Source: Candidatus Methanophagaceae archaeon (lineage in GTDB: Archaea > Halobacteriota > Syntropharchaeia > Alkanophagales > Methanospirareceae). Taken from it: a stretch of DNA of 64,000 bases. Below, one piece after another: positions 35,765-44,452 of the stretch. The stretch covers positions 135,265-199,264 of the forward strand of contig PQXB01000001.1 in the NCBI GenBank assembly GCA_003194425.1, given 5' to 3'. Made by a program: the position numbers and the translations under genes. The notes beneath the pieces were generated by a model. The model was not told where the DNA came from. It saw only the letters and a program-made list of their open reading frames with translations, and made no database searches. Position 1 is the first letter of the stretch. Every line of letters begins with the position of its first letter.

Positions 35765-37033
35765 ATGTTTGAGTTGCGAGCGGGCGAGAAGGAAATTCAG
35801 ACCGCGGCGGGGCGGTTTGCGGAGGCGGAGGTCGCGCCGAGAGCGGCGGAAATCGACCGAAAGGCGAAGTTCCCGCGGGTGCTCGTGCGGAAAATGGCAG
35901 AGCAGGGGCTCTTTGGAATTCCGTTCCCAAAGAAATACGGCGGGGCAGGAGCGACTTTAACGAGCTACGTTGCCGCGGTAGAGGAGCTCTCGAAGGCGAG
36001 TGCGAGCGTTGGTTTCCTGAGTGCTGCGGGGCTTATTTCCGCGTTCCCTTTTCTCTACGCAGGCACAGAGGAGCAGAAAGAGAAATTCCTTCGACCCCTG
36101 TGTTTAGGAGAGAAGCAGGGGGCTTTTGCTTTAACTGAGCCGTCTGCTGGGTCTGACCCGCTCTCCATCAAGACAACTGCGGTTCGAGAAGGCGAAGGCG
36201 GTGGTAGAGGGGGAGGCAAGGATGAATTTGTGCTGAACGGGCGGAAGGCGTTTGTCACTAACACCGCGGTCGCAGACATTTACTTGGTCTTCGCACAGAC
36301 AGAGAAGGGTAGAAAGGGTGAGGAGAAGAGCGGAGAGAGAGAGAAGAGCGGAGTGAGAGAGAAGAGCGGAGTGAGAGAGAAGAGGAGAGAAGGAGGGAGG
36401 GGGGGAGGTTTGAGTGCGTTTGTCGTTGAGAAGGGGACGAAGGGCTTCTCGTTCGCTAAAATCGAGGAGCTGCTGGGAATGCGAGGCTGTCTCGTTGGCG
36501 GGCTGACTTTCGACGACTGCAGAGTTCCCGCGGAGAACCTGCTCGGGAAAGAGGGCGACGGGTTCAGGATCGCGATGGCGACGCTGGACAGGGACAGAAT
36601 CGCGATGAGTAGCATCGGCGTCGGCGTTGCTCAAGCCTGCCTCGACGCCTCAAAGAAGTACGCAAAAGAGCGGAGGCAGTTCGGACAGCCAATCGCAAAC
36701 TTCCAAGCAGTCCAGTTTATGCTCGCTGACATTGCTGTGGAGACTGAGGCAGCGCGGCTACTCACCTACAAAGCCGCTTCTCTCGCAGACAAAGGCGACG
36801 GAAGAAAAGGCGGAGGAGCGGAGAAAATCACGAAAGAGGCGGCGATGGCGAAGCTCTACGCCTCGGAAGTTGCCCAGCGGGCTGCCACAAACGCAGTTCA
36901 GATTCACGGCGGGTTCGGCTGCACGAAGGACTGCCCCGCGGAACGGTATTTCCGGGACGCACGGGTGCTCGGCATCGCGGTAGGGACTTCAGAGATTCAG
37001 CGGCTCGTGATCGCGAGGGAAGTGCTGAGGTAA
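35765..37033 (+). CDS. Acyl-CoA dehydrogenase with a low-complexity insertion in the middle domain
   Basis: ACAD N-, middle and C-domain motifs (AFALTEPSAGSD, QIHGGFG). 21-nt x3 repeat at ~36326-36385. Confidence 0.8.
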   Translation: MFELRAGEKEIQTAAGRFAEAEVAPRAAEIDRKAKFPRVLVRKMAEQGLFGIPFPKKYGGAGATLTSYVAAVEELSKASASVGFLSAAGLISAFPFLYAGTEEQKEKFLRPLCLGEKQGAFALTEPSAGSDPLSIKTTAVREGEGGGRGGGKDEFVLNGRKAFVTNTAVADIYLVFAQTEKGRKGEEKSGEREKSGVREKSGVREKRREGGRGGGLSAFVVEKGTKGFSFAKIEELLGMRGCLVGGLTFDDCRVPAENLLGKEGDGFRIAMATLDRDRIAMSSIGVGVAQACLDASKKYAKERRQFGQPIANFQAVQFMLADIAVETEAARLLTYKAASLADKGDGRKGGGAEKITKEAAMAKLYASEVAQRAATNAVQIHGGFGCTKDCPAERYFRDARVLGIAVGTSEIQRLVIAREVLR

Positions 37034-37037
37034 AGCG

Positions 37038-37088
37038 GAGAAGAGGAAAGGGGAGAAGAGGAAAGGGGAGAAGAGGAAAGGGGAGAAG
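37038..37088. repeat. 17-nt GA-rich tandem repeat x3 (gagaagaggaaagggga) in the leader of the phosphohexomutase gene
   Basis: Exact three-copy tandem repeat between the ACAD stop and the PGM start. Confidence 0.8.
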
Positions 37089-37137
37089 AAATGATGAATA
37101 GAGATATTATGAGTAGGAGAAGGAGGGAGTATTATTT

Positions 37138-38784
37138 ATGAAAATAGACCGAAACACCTACCGTGCGAACGACATTAGAGGAATCGCAGACTCTCAGCTC
37201 AGCGACGAGTTTTGCCGTTTGACAGGGTTGGCGTACGTGGAACTGCTGCGGAGAGAGCGAGGTAAAGAGCCGCAAGAACTCACGGTCGTCGTAGGAAAAG
37301 ATGTCAGGAACAGTTCGCCGCGGCTGAAGAGCGCGTTTGCCGAGGCTCTCGTGAGTCGAGGGGTTCGTGTCGTTGACATTGCCCCGGGGGAGAAGGTGAG
37401 TTCAACGCCGCTGATGTATTTCGCGACTTGGCTCTTCGGTGCCGACGGCGGTGTTGAAATTACGGGTAGCCACCTCGAGAAGGAGTGGAACGGCTTCAAA
37501 CTCTGCGTCGCCTCGGAAAGCACCACAGAGCAGCAAATCAGCGAGATGTTTCAGACCGCGAAGAGGCTGGCGGAGGACGGAGAAAAAGAGGGGTTCAAGG
37601 CTTCTGAAGGCACGAGCGAGGAGGTCGACGTCCTGCCCGCCTACCACGAAATGGTGGTTGCGAATGTTGTTCTGCGGGAGAGGTGGGAGGAGCTGGCGTT
37701 AGGCTCGCTTTCAGGGAAGACTTCTCTGAAGGCTGCGATTTCCACCGCAACTCGCGAGGTGGAGAAGCTGTCCGAGGAGAGTAGGAGACCGTTAGCGGGC
37801 TTAAAAATCGTTTACGACGCAGGAAACGGGACTACAGGAGTAGTTGCACCACCGATTTTCAAGGCTTTGGGTGCAGAGGTTTTTGAGCTTTACTGCGAGC
37901 CGGACGGTAATTTCCCGCACCACCTGCCCGACCCCACGATTCCGCGATTTCTGAAAGACTTGCACTCCGAGGTGGCTCGCAGAGAGGCGCACCTCGGGCT
38001 CTCCTCTGACTGCGACGGCGACCGTGCAGGCGCGGTCTCGCCGGGTGGAAAGAATGTAATCGGGGAGCAAATCCTCGCTCTGCTCTGCAAACACATTTTA
38101 AAAGACCACCCGCGTGCGAAAATCGTTTACGACACAAAATGCTCGGACGCGATAAAAGAGGTGGTGGTTGAGAGCGGTGGCGTGCCGGTTGAGTGGAAGA
38201 CAGGGTTCTCTTTCATTAAATCCAAAATGGTCGAGGTCGGTGCGGTCGCGGGCGGCGAAATGTCAGGGCACGTCTACTTCGCGAAGAACAACCGCGCAGA
38301 CGACGCGGTCTTCGCATTCTCCGAACTTCTACTGCTCACCGCCGAGGAGTTGCGTCTCAAAAAATTCAAAGACAGAACCGTGCTTGACGGGTTGCTTGCG
38401 GACTTTTCGAGCAGGTACGTGAATACGCCGGAGATAAGAATTCCGGTGGTTAGCGACGCGGAGAAGGAGCGTGTCTGCGACGCCGTTGAAGGTTACTACC
38501 GAGGGCTTGCGACTGGAGAGCCTGAAAAGTACCGCAGAAGAACCGACGAGAGCGGGCGGGACATTGACGGCGTGAAGATTGATTTTCTGCAGGAGGACGG
38601 CTGGGCGCTCGTGCGCCGCTCGAACACTTCTCCTGTGATAATTCTCAGAATGGAAGCGAGGACCGAGGAAGGGCTTGGTAGGATTGGAAAGCATTTAATA
38701 AAAAAGTTTCGGGAGTTCAAGACCGTGGACCTGAACGCAGACGAGTTCGTAAAGAGAATAAACAAAAAATTTAAAAAGTGCTAA
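37138..38784 (+). CDS. Phosphoglucomutase/phosphomannomutase family protein
   Basis: Active-site loop TGSHLEKEWNGFK-like and four-domain alpha-D-phosphohexomutase architecture. Confidence 0.8.
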   Translation: MKIDRNTYRANDIRGIADSQLSDEFCRLTGLAYVELLRRERGKEPQELTVVVGKDVRNSSPRLKSAFAEALVSRGVRVVDIAPGEKVSSTPLMYFATWLFGADGGVEITGSHLEKEWNGFKLCVASESTTEQQISEMFQTAKRLAEDGEKEGFKASEGTSEEVDVLPAYHEMVVANVVLRERWEELALGSLSGKTSLKAAISTATREVEKLSEESRRPLAGLKIVYDAGNGTTGVVAPPIFKALGAEVFELYCEPDGNFPHHLPDPTIPRFLKDLHSEVARREAHLGLSSDCDGDRAGAVSPGGKNVIGEQILALLCKHILKDHPRAKIVYDTKCSDAIKEVVVESGGVPVEWKTGFSFIKSKMVEVGAVAGGEMSGHVYFAKNNRADDAVFAFSELLLLTAEELRLKKFKDRTVLDGLLADFSSRYVNTPEIRIPVVSDAEKERVCDAVEGYYRGLATGEPEKYRRRTDESGRDIDGVKIDFLQEDGWALVRRSNTSPVIILRMEARTEEGLGRIGKHLIKKFREFKTVDLNADEFVKRINKKFKKC

Positions 38785-38790
38785 AAACAA

Positions 38791-39513
38791 TTGAAAAGTA
38801 TGAAGAAAAATGTGAAATTGATGGAGGGAGTGATTTTTGGGTTGTTGGTGTTGGCGAGTGCGAGCATGCAGGTGACAGTGGTAGCGGCGGAGACAACGCA
38901 GACTTGGTTTCTTTCGTCAGAGGGTAAGCCAAGCGGTGCGCCGACCGCGAACGACGGACTAACACACGCGAAGGACAATCTGATGCAGAAAGATTCAAGA
39001 ACTGGTACAGGTTCGTATTTTACGCTTCCTTATGATAAGGTCGCGTGGTTTTATGCGGACACAGGGGCAGAATGTGGCTTGGGGTTTGGAGAGTACTCTT
39101 GGAGAGCACACATTCGTACAGGGGAAAAAGTAGACGGGGATGAAGTAGGTTCTAATCTTACCGTTGAAATCTGTAGGTTGGAGAAAGACACAGGAAATGT
39201 AACTGTTCTGGCAAGCCACACAGAGACATTGACAGCACAAGAGACGCATTTTGACTGGAACATTTCTTGCACAGACAACGGAACCACAACTCAGGATTTC
39301 AGCACTGGCGACTGGTTAGCCGTTCGATTGTCGTGGGACTGCACGGACGGTCTTAGAGTAGACTACAAAGCCGAGGCGGGTCTAGATTCCTTCATCGAAA
39401 GCCCCTCAACAGACCCCGGCTACCCTGCCCCTGAACTGCACTCCCTCGTCCTCTTCTCGACAGGCTTGCTCGCACTCGCGGGCTACAGTCTGCTGACAAA
39501 GAGAAGGGGATAA
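38791..39513 (+). CDS. Secreted protein with PEL-CTERM-like sorting signal (paralog of 9221-9925)
   Basis: Signal peptide; C-terminus DPGYPAPELHSLVLFSTGLLALAGYSLLTKRRG. Confidence 0.65.
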   Translation: MKSMKKNVKLMEGVIFGLLVLASASMQVTVVAAETTQTWFLSSEGKPSGAPTANDGLTHAKDNLMQKDSRTGTGSYFTLPYDKVAWFYADTGAECGLGFGEYSWRAHIRTGEKVDGDEVGSNLTVEICRLEKDTGNVTVLASHTETLTAQETHFDWNISCTDNGTTTQDFSTGDWLAVRLSWDCTDGLRVDYKAEAGLDSFIESPSTDPGYPAPELHSLVLFSTGLLALAGYSLLTKRRG

Positions 39514-39557
39514 AAGACGGAGAAGTTAAGTCAGGAGCTTACCGGTTTTAACCTAAC

Positions 39558-39600
39558 CGGTCGAGTCCGGCGGTCGAGTCCGGCGGTCGAGTCCGGCGGA
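39558..39600. repeat. 13-nt tandem repeat x3.3 (cggtcgagtccgg) upstream of the nuclease gene
   Basis: Exact copies, self-complementary ends (ccgg...ccgg). Confidence 0.75.
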
Positions 39601-39687
39601 TCGGAGGCTTGCGTGCGAAGCCGAGCTGAGGCTTACGAGCAACGCTGTGCTGGAGAACTCTCCAGCTCTTCAGAAGGAAAAAGAAAA

Positions 39688-40041
39688 ATGAAACCAACCT
39701 ACTGGTACAAGGCGAAATTGGGGAGGGTCGTGGACGGCGACACTTTGGACTTGGTAATTGACCTCGGATTTTATGTGCAGTTGCGGGAGCGAGTTCGGTT
39801 GGCGGGAATTGACACGCCTGAAATTCACGGCGTTCCCAAGAGCAGCGAGGAGTACAAGAAGGGACTGGAAGCGAAGGAATTCGTCGAGCGACGGCTGAGC
39901 GAGAACGAAAATGAAATGGTGATTGAGACAAGGAAGCGCGGAAAATGGCGACGCTGGATTGCGAAAATCTACCTTGAAGATTCCGAAAAAACCTTGAACG
40001 ACGAATTAGTTGAGCAGGGTCTAGCTGTGGTCGTGTCGTAG
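39688..40041 (+). CDS. Thermonuclease (SNase-like) family protein
   Basis: GRVVDGDTLDL...RLAGIDTPE SNase motifs. Start placed at the ATG preceded by a GA-rich SD (ORF-track start 39613). Confidence 0.65.
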   Translation: MKPTYWYKAKLGRVVDGDTLDLVIDLGFYVQLRERVRLAGIDTPEIHGVPKSSEEYKKGLEAKEFVERRLSENENEMVIETRKRGKWRRWIAKIYLEDSEKTLNDELVEQGLAVVVS

Positions 40042-40074
40042 CAGAAGAAGAAGAAGGAAATAGAAGAAGGAAAT

Positions 40075-40866
40075 TCAAAAATAATACGGAGCGACTAAAA
40101 AGAGAATGACATTTATAATTCCGTGAGAAAGGCTTATTCCAAAAATCGAACCTGTCTGCTCCCGAATTACTGAATACAAAAAGCCAACGGAAAAAGCAAG
40201 AACGCAGTCCAAAACCGCGAGGTTGCCAATGTGAAGCACGCTGAAGAGAATTGAGACAAAAAAAATCCCCCACCTCCTGCTCATCAGTTTCCGGGCGTTG
40301 TGTTGAATCAAGCCCCGAAACACGAGCTCTTCCAAGAAACCCGTGCAGACAACGAAAACTGCTGCTGCAACGACGAAATTCGCGGCTAAGCCTGCCCCTT
40401 CCCCCGCCGGCAGGGGAGCGGGCTTCAAAATCTGAAATTCTATTATTCCTGCAGGAAAGGCAAGGAGAACCACGCCTGCGTTAATTGGCACGTGCTTCAA
40501 CTTTGGTAACGAAAATCCGAGGTCTTTTAGGCGGAGTCCTTGCACCAACATTCCGGTGAAGGTTGCGAGAAATATCGGAATGGAAATGAAAAGGAAGCCA
40601 AAAATCTTACTAACTTGAGCGAAAGGCATTGAGAGGCTTAGAATTCGAATAAGCGGTGCGAGAAGAAGAACCACGAGAAACTGGGACAGATTTTTCTCGG
40701 TCTCTGTTTTGGTTTCTCGTGCAGAATAGAAAAGCAGTGCGAAGAGGATGGTTGCGTGAAAAGCGATGCCTGCTTTTGGGTGGTAACACGTCAGTGTCTC
40801 TGCGCTTGTTACCAGAAGCAAGAAAACCGCACAGATGTGTTTGATTTTTAAGGCGATTCTTTTCAT
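40075..40866 (-). CDS. CPBP family (CAAX-protease-like) intramembrane metalloprotease
   Basis: EELVFRG (motif 1), FSVLH (motif 2), HGIIN (motif 3); polytopic. Confidence 0.75.
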   Translation of the reverse strand: MKRIALKIKHICAVFLLLVTSAETLTCYHPKAGIAFHATILFALLFYSARETKTETEKNLSQFLVVLLLAPLIRILSLSMPFAQVSKIFGFLFISIPIFLATFTGMLVQGLRLKDLGFSLPKLKHVPINAGVVLLAFPAGIIEFQILKPAPLPAGEGAGLAANFVVAAAVFVVCTGFLEELVFRGLIQHNARKLMSRRWGIFFVSILFSVLHIGNLAVLDCVLAFSVGFLYSVIREQTGSIFGISLSHGIINVILFLVAPYYF

Positions 40867-40904
40867 TTCCTCTTTTAATCTGCTGTTATTAATTTGTTTA
40901 GTAA

Positions 40905-41831
40905 ATGAAAAACGCAGAGGGAGAAGACGAGGCAGCAGCAGAAGAGGAGGAAGAAGAGGAGAAGAGGTTGAGCGTTGTTCTGGCTGTGGGAATGGGATTT
41001 TTTATCGTTCTTACCGCGGTGGTTGCGTTGCTGCTTGCGGCGCCGTTTGAAGCCGCTGGCGTAAAAGCGTTTGAGAACTCGGAGTCGGTCTGGACCCCGC
41101 TCTATTTCCTTGCTCTCGTTGTCGGCTTCACGGTGGTTATTCTCGTAGTGCTAAAACTCGGGGACAGGGGCGAGAGGCTCCTCTATTTTTTGATGCTTGG
41201 TGCGGTGGCGGTGACGCTGTACTATGTTTTTGCGGTTCTCTTTCCTGCTCCTCTCGGCAGTCTCCCGCTGGTCAGCACCCTCGCGGTCTGTCTGCTGCTC
41301 TACAAATTTCCAGAGTGGTACGTTCTCGACGCGACGGGTCTACTAATCGGGGGCGGAGCGGCGGCGATGTTTGGCATTTCGCTCGGCGTGGCTTCTGTCG
41401 TGCTGTTGTTGGTGATTTTGGCGGTTTACGACGCGATTTCGGTTTACAAGACGAAGCATATGATTGTGTTGGCGGAAAGCATCGTTGAAATGCGAGTTCC
41501 GATTCTTTTTGTCCTGCCGAGGCGGCGGGGGTTCTCTTTGGTGCGGGGGGGACGAGGGGCAAAGTCCCACAAGAGCAGCAGGATGGACGAGGCGTTTTTA
41601 ATGGGGCTTGGGGACGCGATTATTCCGACGATGCTGGTCGTGTCTGCGAATTTAATGCCCGCGTTCGCTCGCTACTGGGGTTTAATAAACGCGCCTGCTT
41701 TGGGTGCGCTGTTAGGGACACTTGCGGGCTACGGGGCGCTGGTCAGAATTGCGGGCAGAGGGACGCCGCACGCGGGGCTGCCGTTTCTCAATTTAGGTGC
41801 GATTCTCGGGTTTGTCGTTGGGTTGGCTTGA
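40905..41831 (+). CDS. Presenilin/signal-peptide-peptidase family (A22) intramembrane aspartyl protease
   Basis: YD (LAVYDAISVY), GLGD (LMGLGDAIIP) and PAL (NAPALGAL) motifs in consecutive TM helices. Confidence 0.7.
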   Translation: MKNAEGEDEAAAEEEEEEEKRLSVVLAVGMGFFIVLTAVVALLLAAPFEAAGVKAFENSESVWTPLYFLALVVGFTVVILVVLKLGDRGERLLYFLMLGAVAVTLYYVFAVLFPAPLGSLPLVSTLAVCLLLYKFPEWYVLDATGLLIGGGAAAMFGISLGVASVVLLLVILAVYDAISVYKTKHMIVLAESIVEMRVPILFVLPRRRGFSLVRGGRGAKSHKSSRMDEAFLMGLGDAIIPTMLVVSANLMPAFARYWGLINAPALGALLGTLAGYGALVRIAGRGTPHAGLPFLNLGAILGFVVGLA

Positions 41832-42089
41832 CAACTTCCTCACGCCGTCTGCCAACCCGTGAGCGTAATTTATGCAGCCGAAGGCGGTAAAGAAATCCCC
41901 TTTTTCAAGGTAGTATTTCGCGTCCTCAAAATATGCCTTCGCAAGGCTCAACACCTCTTCTCTTGCTCCTGCAGCACTCGCAGCACCTGCAGCACTCGCA
42001 GCACCTGCAGCACTCGCAGCACCAAGCGACAACGCTTCAAAAAGTGCGATGTCTTTCTTTATCCTACCCGCTTCTTCGTTCAACTTCAC
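41793..42089 (-). CDS. DUF357-like small archaeal protein with an (AASAAG)3 repeat
   Basis: FTAFGCINYAHGLAD motif. 18-nt x3 repeat at ~41965-42020. Convergent 39-nt overlap with the presenilin gene. Confidence 0.4.
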   Translation of the reverse strand: MKLNEEAGRIKKDIALFEALSLGAASAAGAASAAGAASAAGAREEVLSLAKAYFEDAKYYLEKGDFFTAFGCINYAHGLADGVRKLSSQPNDKPENRT

Positions 42090-43129
42090 GATCCTATTTT
42101 AAGTTGCCACGTCTTATTTTTCTTCCCATTCTTTTTTATAGCATCTTCCTCTTCCAGACCCTTAAACTCTAACAAGAATTCGCGGATCCGCCTCTCCGCC
42201 AATTTCACATATTCTTCGCCTGTCTCGTAGCCAACATAATGGCGTCGGGTTTTTATCGCCGCTATTCCCGTCTGCCCGCTCCCCGCGAAAGGGTCTAAAA
42301 CAACCTCGCCCTCGAAGGTGTAAAGTTGAATCAGCCTGTAAGGAAGTTCCACAGGGAACGGTGCTGGGTGTCCAACCCTACGAGCAGATTCCGCAGGGAA
42401 CGTCCAAACGCTTTTAGTAAACTCAAGAAACTCCTCCTTTGAGATTGTGCTTTTTCTTCTTCTTTTCTCGTTCTTGCTCTCTCCTCGGCTAAACCCGCTT
42501 TTAGAAAAGACCAAAATATATTCGTGAATGTCCCGCAGCGTGGGATTAGCAGCAGAAAGCCAGCTCCCCCACGCCGTTGAAGGGCTCGCACTCGCGGCTT
42601 TGTTCCAAATGATTTCCCCTCGCATCAAAAACCCTAAACCGAGCAGGTCCTCAAGCACAAAAGCGTGAAGAGGAATGTACGGCTTTCTTTCTAAATTCGC
42701 GATGTTTACGCAGGCTCTACCGCCGGGCACGAGCACCCTGAAGACCTCTTTCCAAACCGTTCTTAAAAAATTTCTGTATTCTTCAAGCGTTAAATTTTCG
42801 TCGTATTCTTTGCCCGCGTTGTAGGGCGGCGAAGTGACCATTAAATGAACGCTGTCATCTGGCAACTCGTCCATCTGTTCGCTCGATTTACAGAAGATTT
42901 TATCCAACAACTGCGGTGGAATGCGATTTTCCAGAAATTGCACTTTCTTTTCTTTTTCCCCTGGCAAACTTTCGTATAATTTGCTGGCATAAAACGCGGT
43001 GGAATTATGATTTATTCGACCGGGCGAGCCAAACGAGCTTGTTTGCGTCCCTCTTTTTCTTTGACTGTTTGTCATTGTATAATAAAGAGGATTTTGAAAA
43101 ACCCCCGAAAACGAGTGAAAATGCCACAA
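42086..43129 (-). CDS. Beta-class DNA methyltransferase (N4-cytosine or N6-adenine), apparently orphan
   Basis: Motif IV SPPY (VTSPPYNAG) precedes motif I DPFAGSGQTG. 4-nt overlap with the downstream DUF357 gene. Confidence 0.8.
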   Translation of the reverse strand: MWHFHSFSGVFQNPLYYTMTNSQRKRGTQTSSFGSPGRINHNSTAFYASKLYESLPGEKEKKVQFLENRIPPQLLDKIFCKSSEQMDELPDDSVHLMVTSPPYNAGKEYDENLTLEEYRNFLRTVWKEVFRVLVPGGRACVNIANLERKPYIPLHAFVLEDLLGLGFLMRGEIIWNKAASASPSTAWGSWLSAANPTLRDIHEYILVFSKSGFSRGESKNEKRRRKSTISKEEFLEFTKSVWTFPAESARRVGHPAPFPVELPYRLIQLYTFEGEVVLDPFAGSGQTGIAAIKTRRHYVGYETGEEYVKLAERRIREFLLEFKGLEEEDAIKKNGKKNKTWQLKIGS

Positions 43130-43276
43130 AAGTATATAAAGAAGAGAGTGTTACGAGGAGTAAATCAAAATCCTCTAAAGTAAAATATTTCGCAGTCTTG
43201 AAATTTCCAAAAGGGGATTTTTGACGAAGCGGTGAAGCGTAGCGAAACCAAATACGCTCTGTTATACGCTGTGTCT

Positions 43277-43465
43277 TTATTGGACTTTCTTAACTTGCTT
43301 CCCCAACAATTTGATATATTCAAGAAAACTTAACCCTTCGAATTCCGCTTCCTTAGCAATAATTTTCCTCGCGATATGAACTTGCTGTAAAGCCGGGTCG
43401 TCTGGGAACTCCGCTTCCACCGCTCTTCTTATTTCCTCAATATCCTTCTCTTTGACCTTGCTCAT
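43277..43465 (-). CDS. Small protein downstream of the PIN gene (possible antitoxin)
   Basis: 62 aa, 15-nt gap to the PIN gene. Confidence 0.3.
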   Translation of the reverse strand: MSKVKEKDIEEIRRAVEAEFPDDPALQQVHIARKIIAKEAEFEGLSFLEYIKLLGKQVKKVQ

Positions 43466-43480
43466 ATTTTCCCCCCCTTC

Positions 43481-43945
43481 CTATAACAATTCCGCAGGTG
43501 TCATAATCTCTATTTGCCTCAGGTTATTTAAAGTATTTACCCTCCTCACTCTGTCTCTCGTTTTTCTCCTTACAATGTGCCTAAAGTTCCAACTCAAAAG
43601 ACAGTCTATCTCGTTTATCGCTGCGATAGCAATATGGTAGGCATCTTCAGGGTAACCCGCGGGAACTGCGTCATAGCGAATATATTCGCTCGCTACCCTT
43701 TCAACGTCGTCAGTTAAAGCGAGGAGTGAAAATTGCGCGACTGCATCCTTCATTTTGCTTCGGAGTTCTATGTCTGGGGTTCGTTCAATCTCGGCAACCG
43801 TAATTTCGGAGATGAAAGTCTCAAAGTTACCTTTTTCCGCGAAAAAAGATTCTGTGAGCGATTTCCTCTCCGGATTCCGCTCATCAAACCGTGCTGAAAT
43901 TACTGAGGTGTCTAAATACACTTTCCCTCTTCTTCTCAGTTTCAC
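43481..43945 (-). CDS. PIN-domain (VapC-like) toxin; GTG start
   Basis: Acidic residues at PIN positions (VYLDTSVI, ...EIE..., ...EDAYHIAIAAINEID...). Confidence 0.55.
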   Translation of the reverse strand: MKLRRRGKVYLDTSVISARFDERNPERKSLTESFFAEKGNFETFISEITVAEIERTPDIELRSKMKDAVAQFSLLALTDDVERVASEYIRYDAVPAGYPEDAYHIAIAAINEIDCLLSWNFRHIVRRKTRDRVRRVNTLNNLRQIEIMTPAELL

Positions 43946-44014
43946 TTTCCTTTACCTCTTAGGCATTGCATAACTTCGGTATCCACTCGAGTTCACACAT
44001 CCTCAAAATAAGTT

Positions 44015-44323
44015 TTATAGTCCCGTTGCATATTTTACACTCCCTAAAAGGTACGGACGAAGTCCGGGTTTCACCGTCCCATAAATTACAAGGTCAACCC
44101 TGCATTTGAATAAATCCTCAAGGAAAAGTTTTAATTCAATGTAATTGTCAAACGTTTTCTTACTCTTCTCAAATTCCACCAGTATGTCTATGTCACTCCC
44201 TCTTCTTTGTTCATTTCTTACATACGAGCCAAATAATCCTATCTCTTTAACACCAAATCTTTTTATTATCGCTTTGCTCTCCTCGATTTTCTTCAATATT
44301 TCGTTTTCGTCCGCTGTTATCAT
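44015..44323 (-). CDS. Minimal nucleotidyltransferase (MNT) antitoxin-type protein
   Basis: LFGSYVRNEQRRGSDIDILVEF NTase motif. Confidence 0.75.
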   Translation of the reverse strand: MITADENEILKKIEESKAIIKRFGVKEIGLFGSYVRNEQRRGSDIDILVEFEKSKKTFDNYIELKLFLEDLFKCRVDLVIYGTVKPGLRPYLLGSVKYATGL

Positions 44324-44452
44324 TTCTTCTTCACCTCTTTGGCAGAGACGGGCATTTTATAGGGCAAAATGTCCAGAAGGACAAGCTACTTAAGTGAGCA
44401 TAGCGTAAACTTGTATTCTTATACTGTGCCACATCTCTTTATTAACCATAAC

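Noticed and set aside
39613-39687. N-terminal 25 residues of the thermonuclease ORF (MRSRAEAYEQRCAGELSSSSEGKRK)
   Set aside because: An internal ATG with a GA-rich SD at 39688 gives a canonical SNase start. The upstream segment overlaps the 13-nt repeat region and is probably leader.
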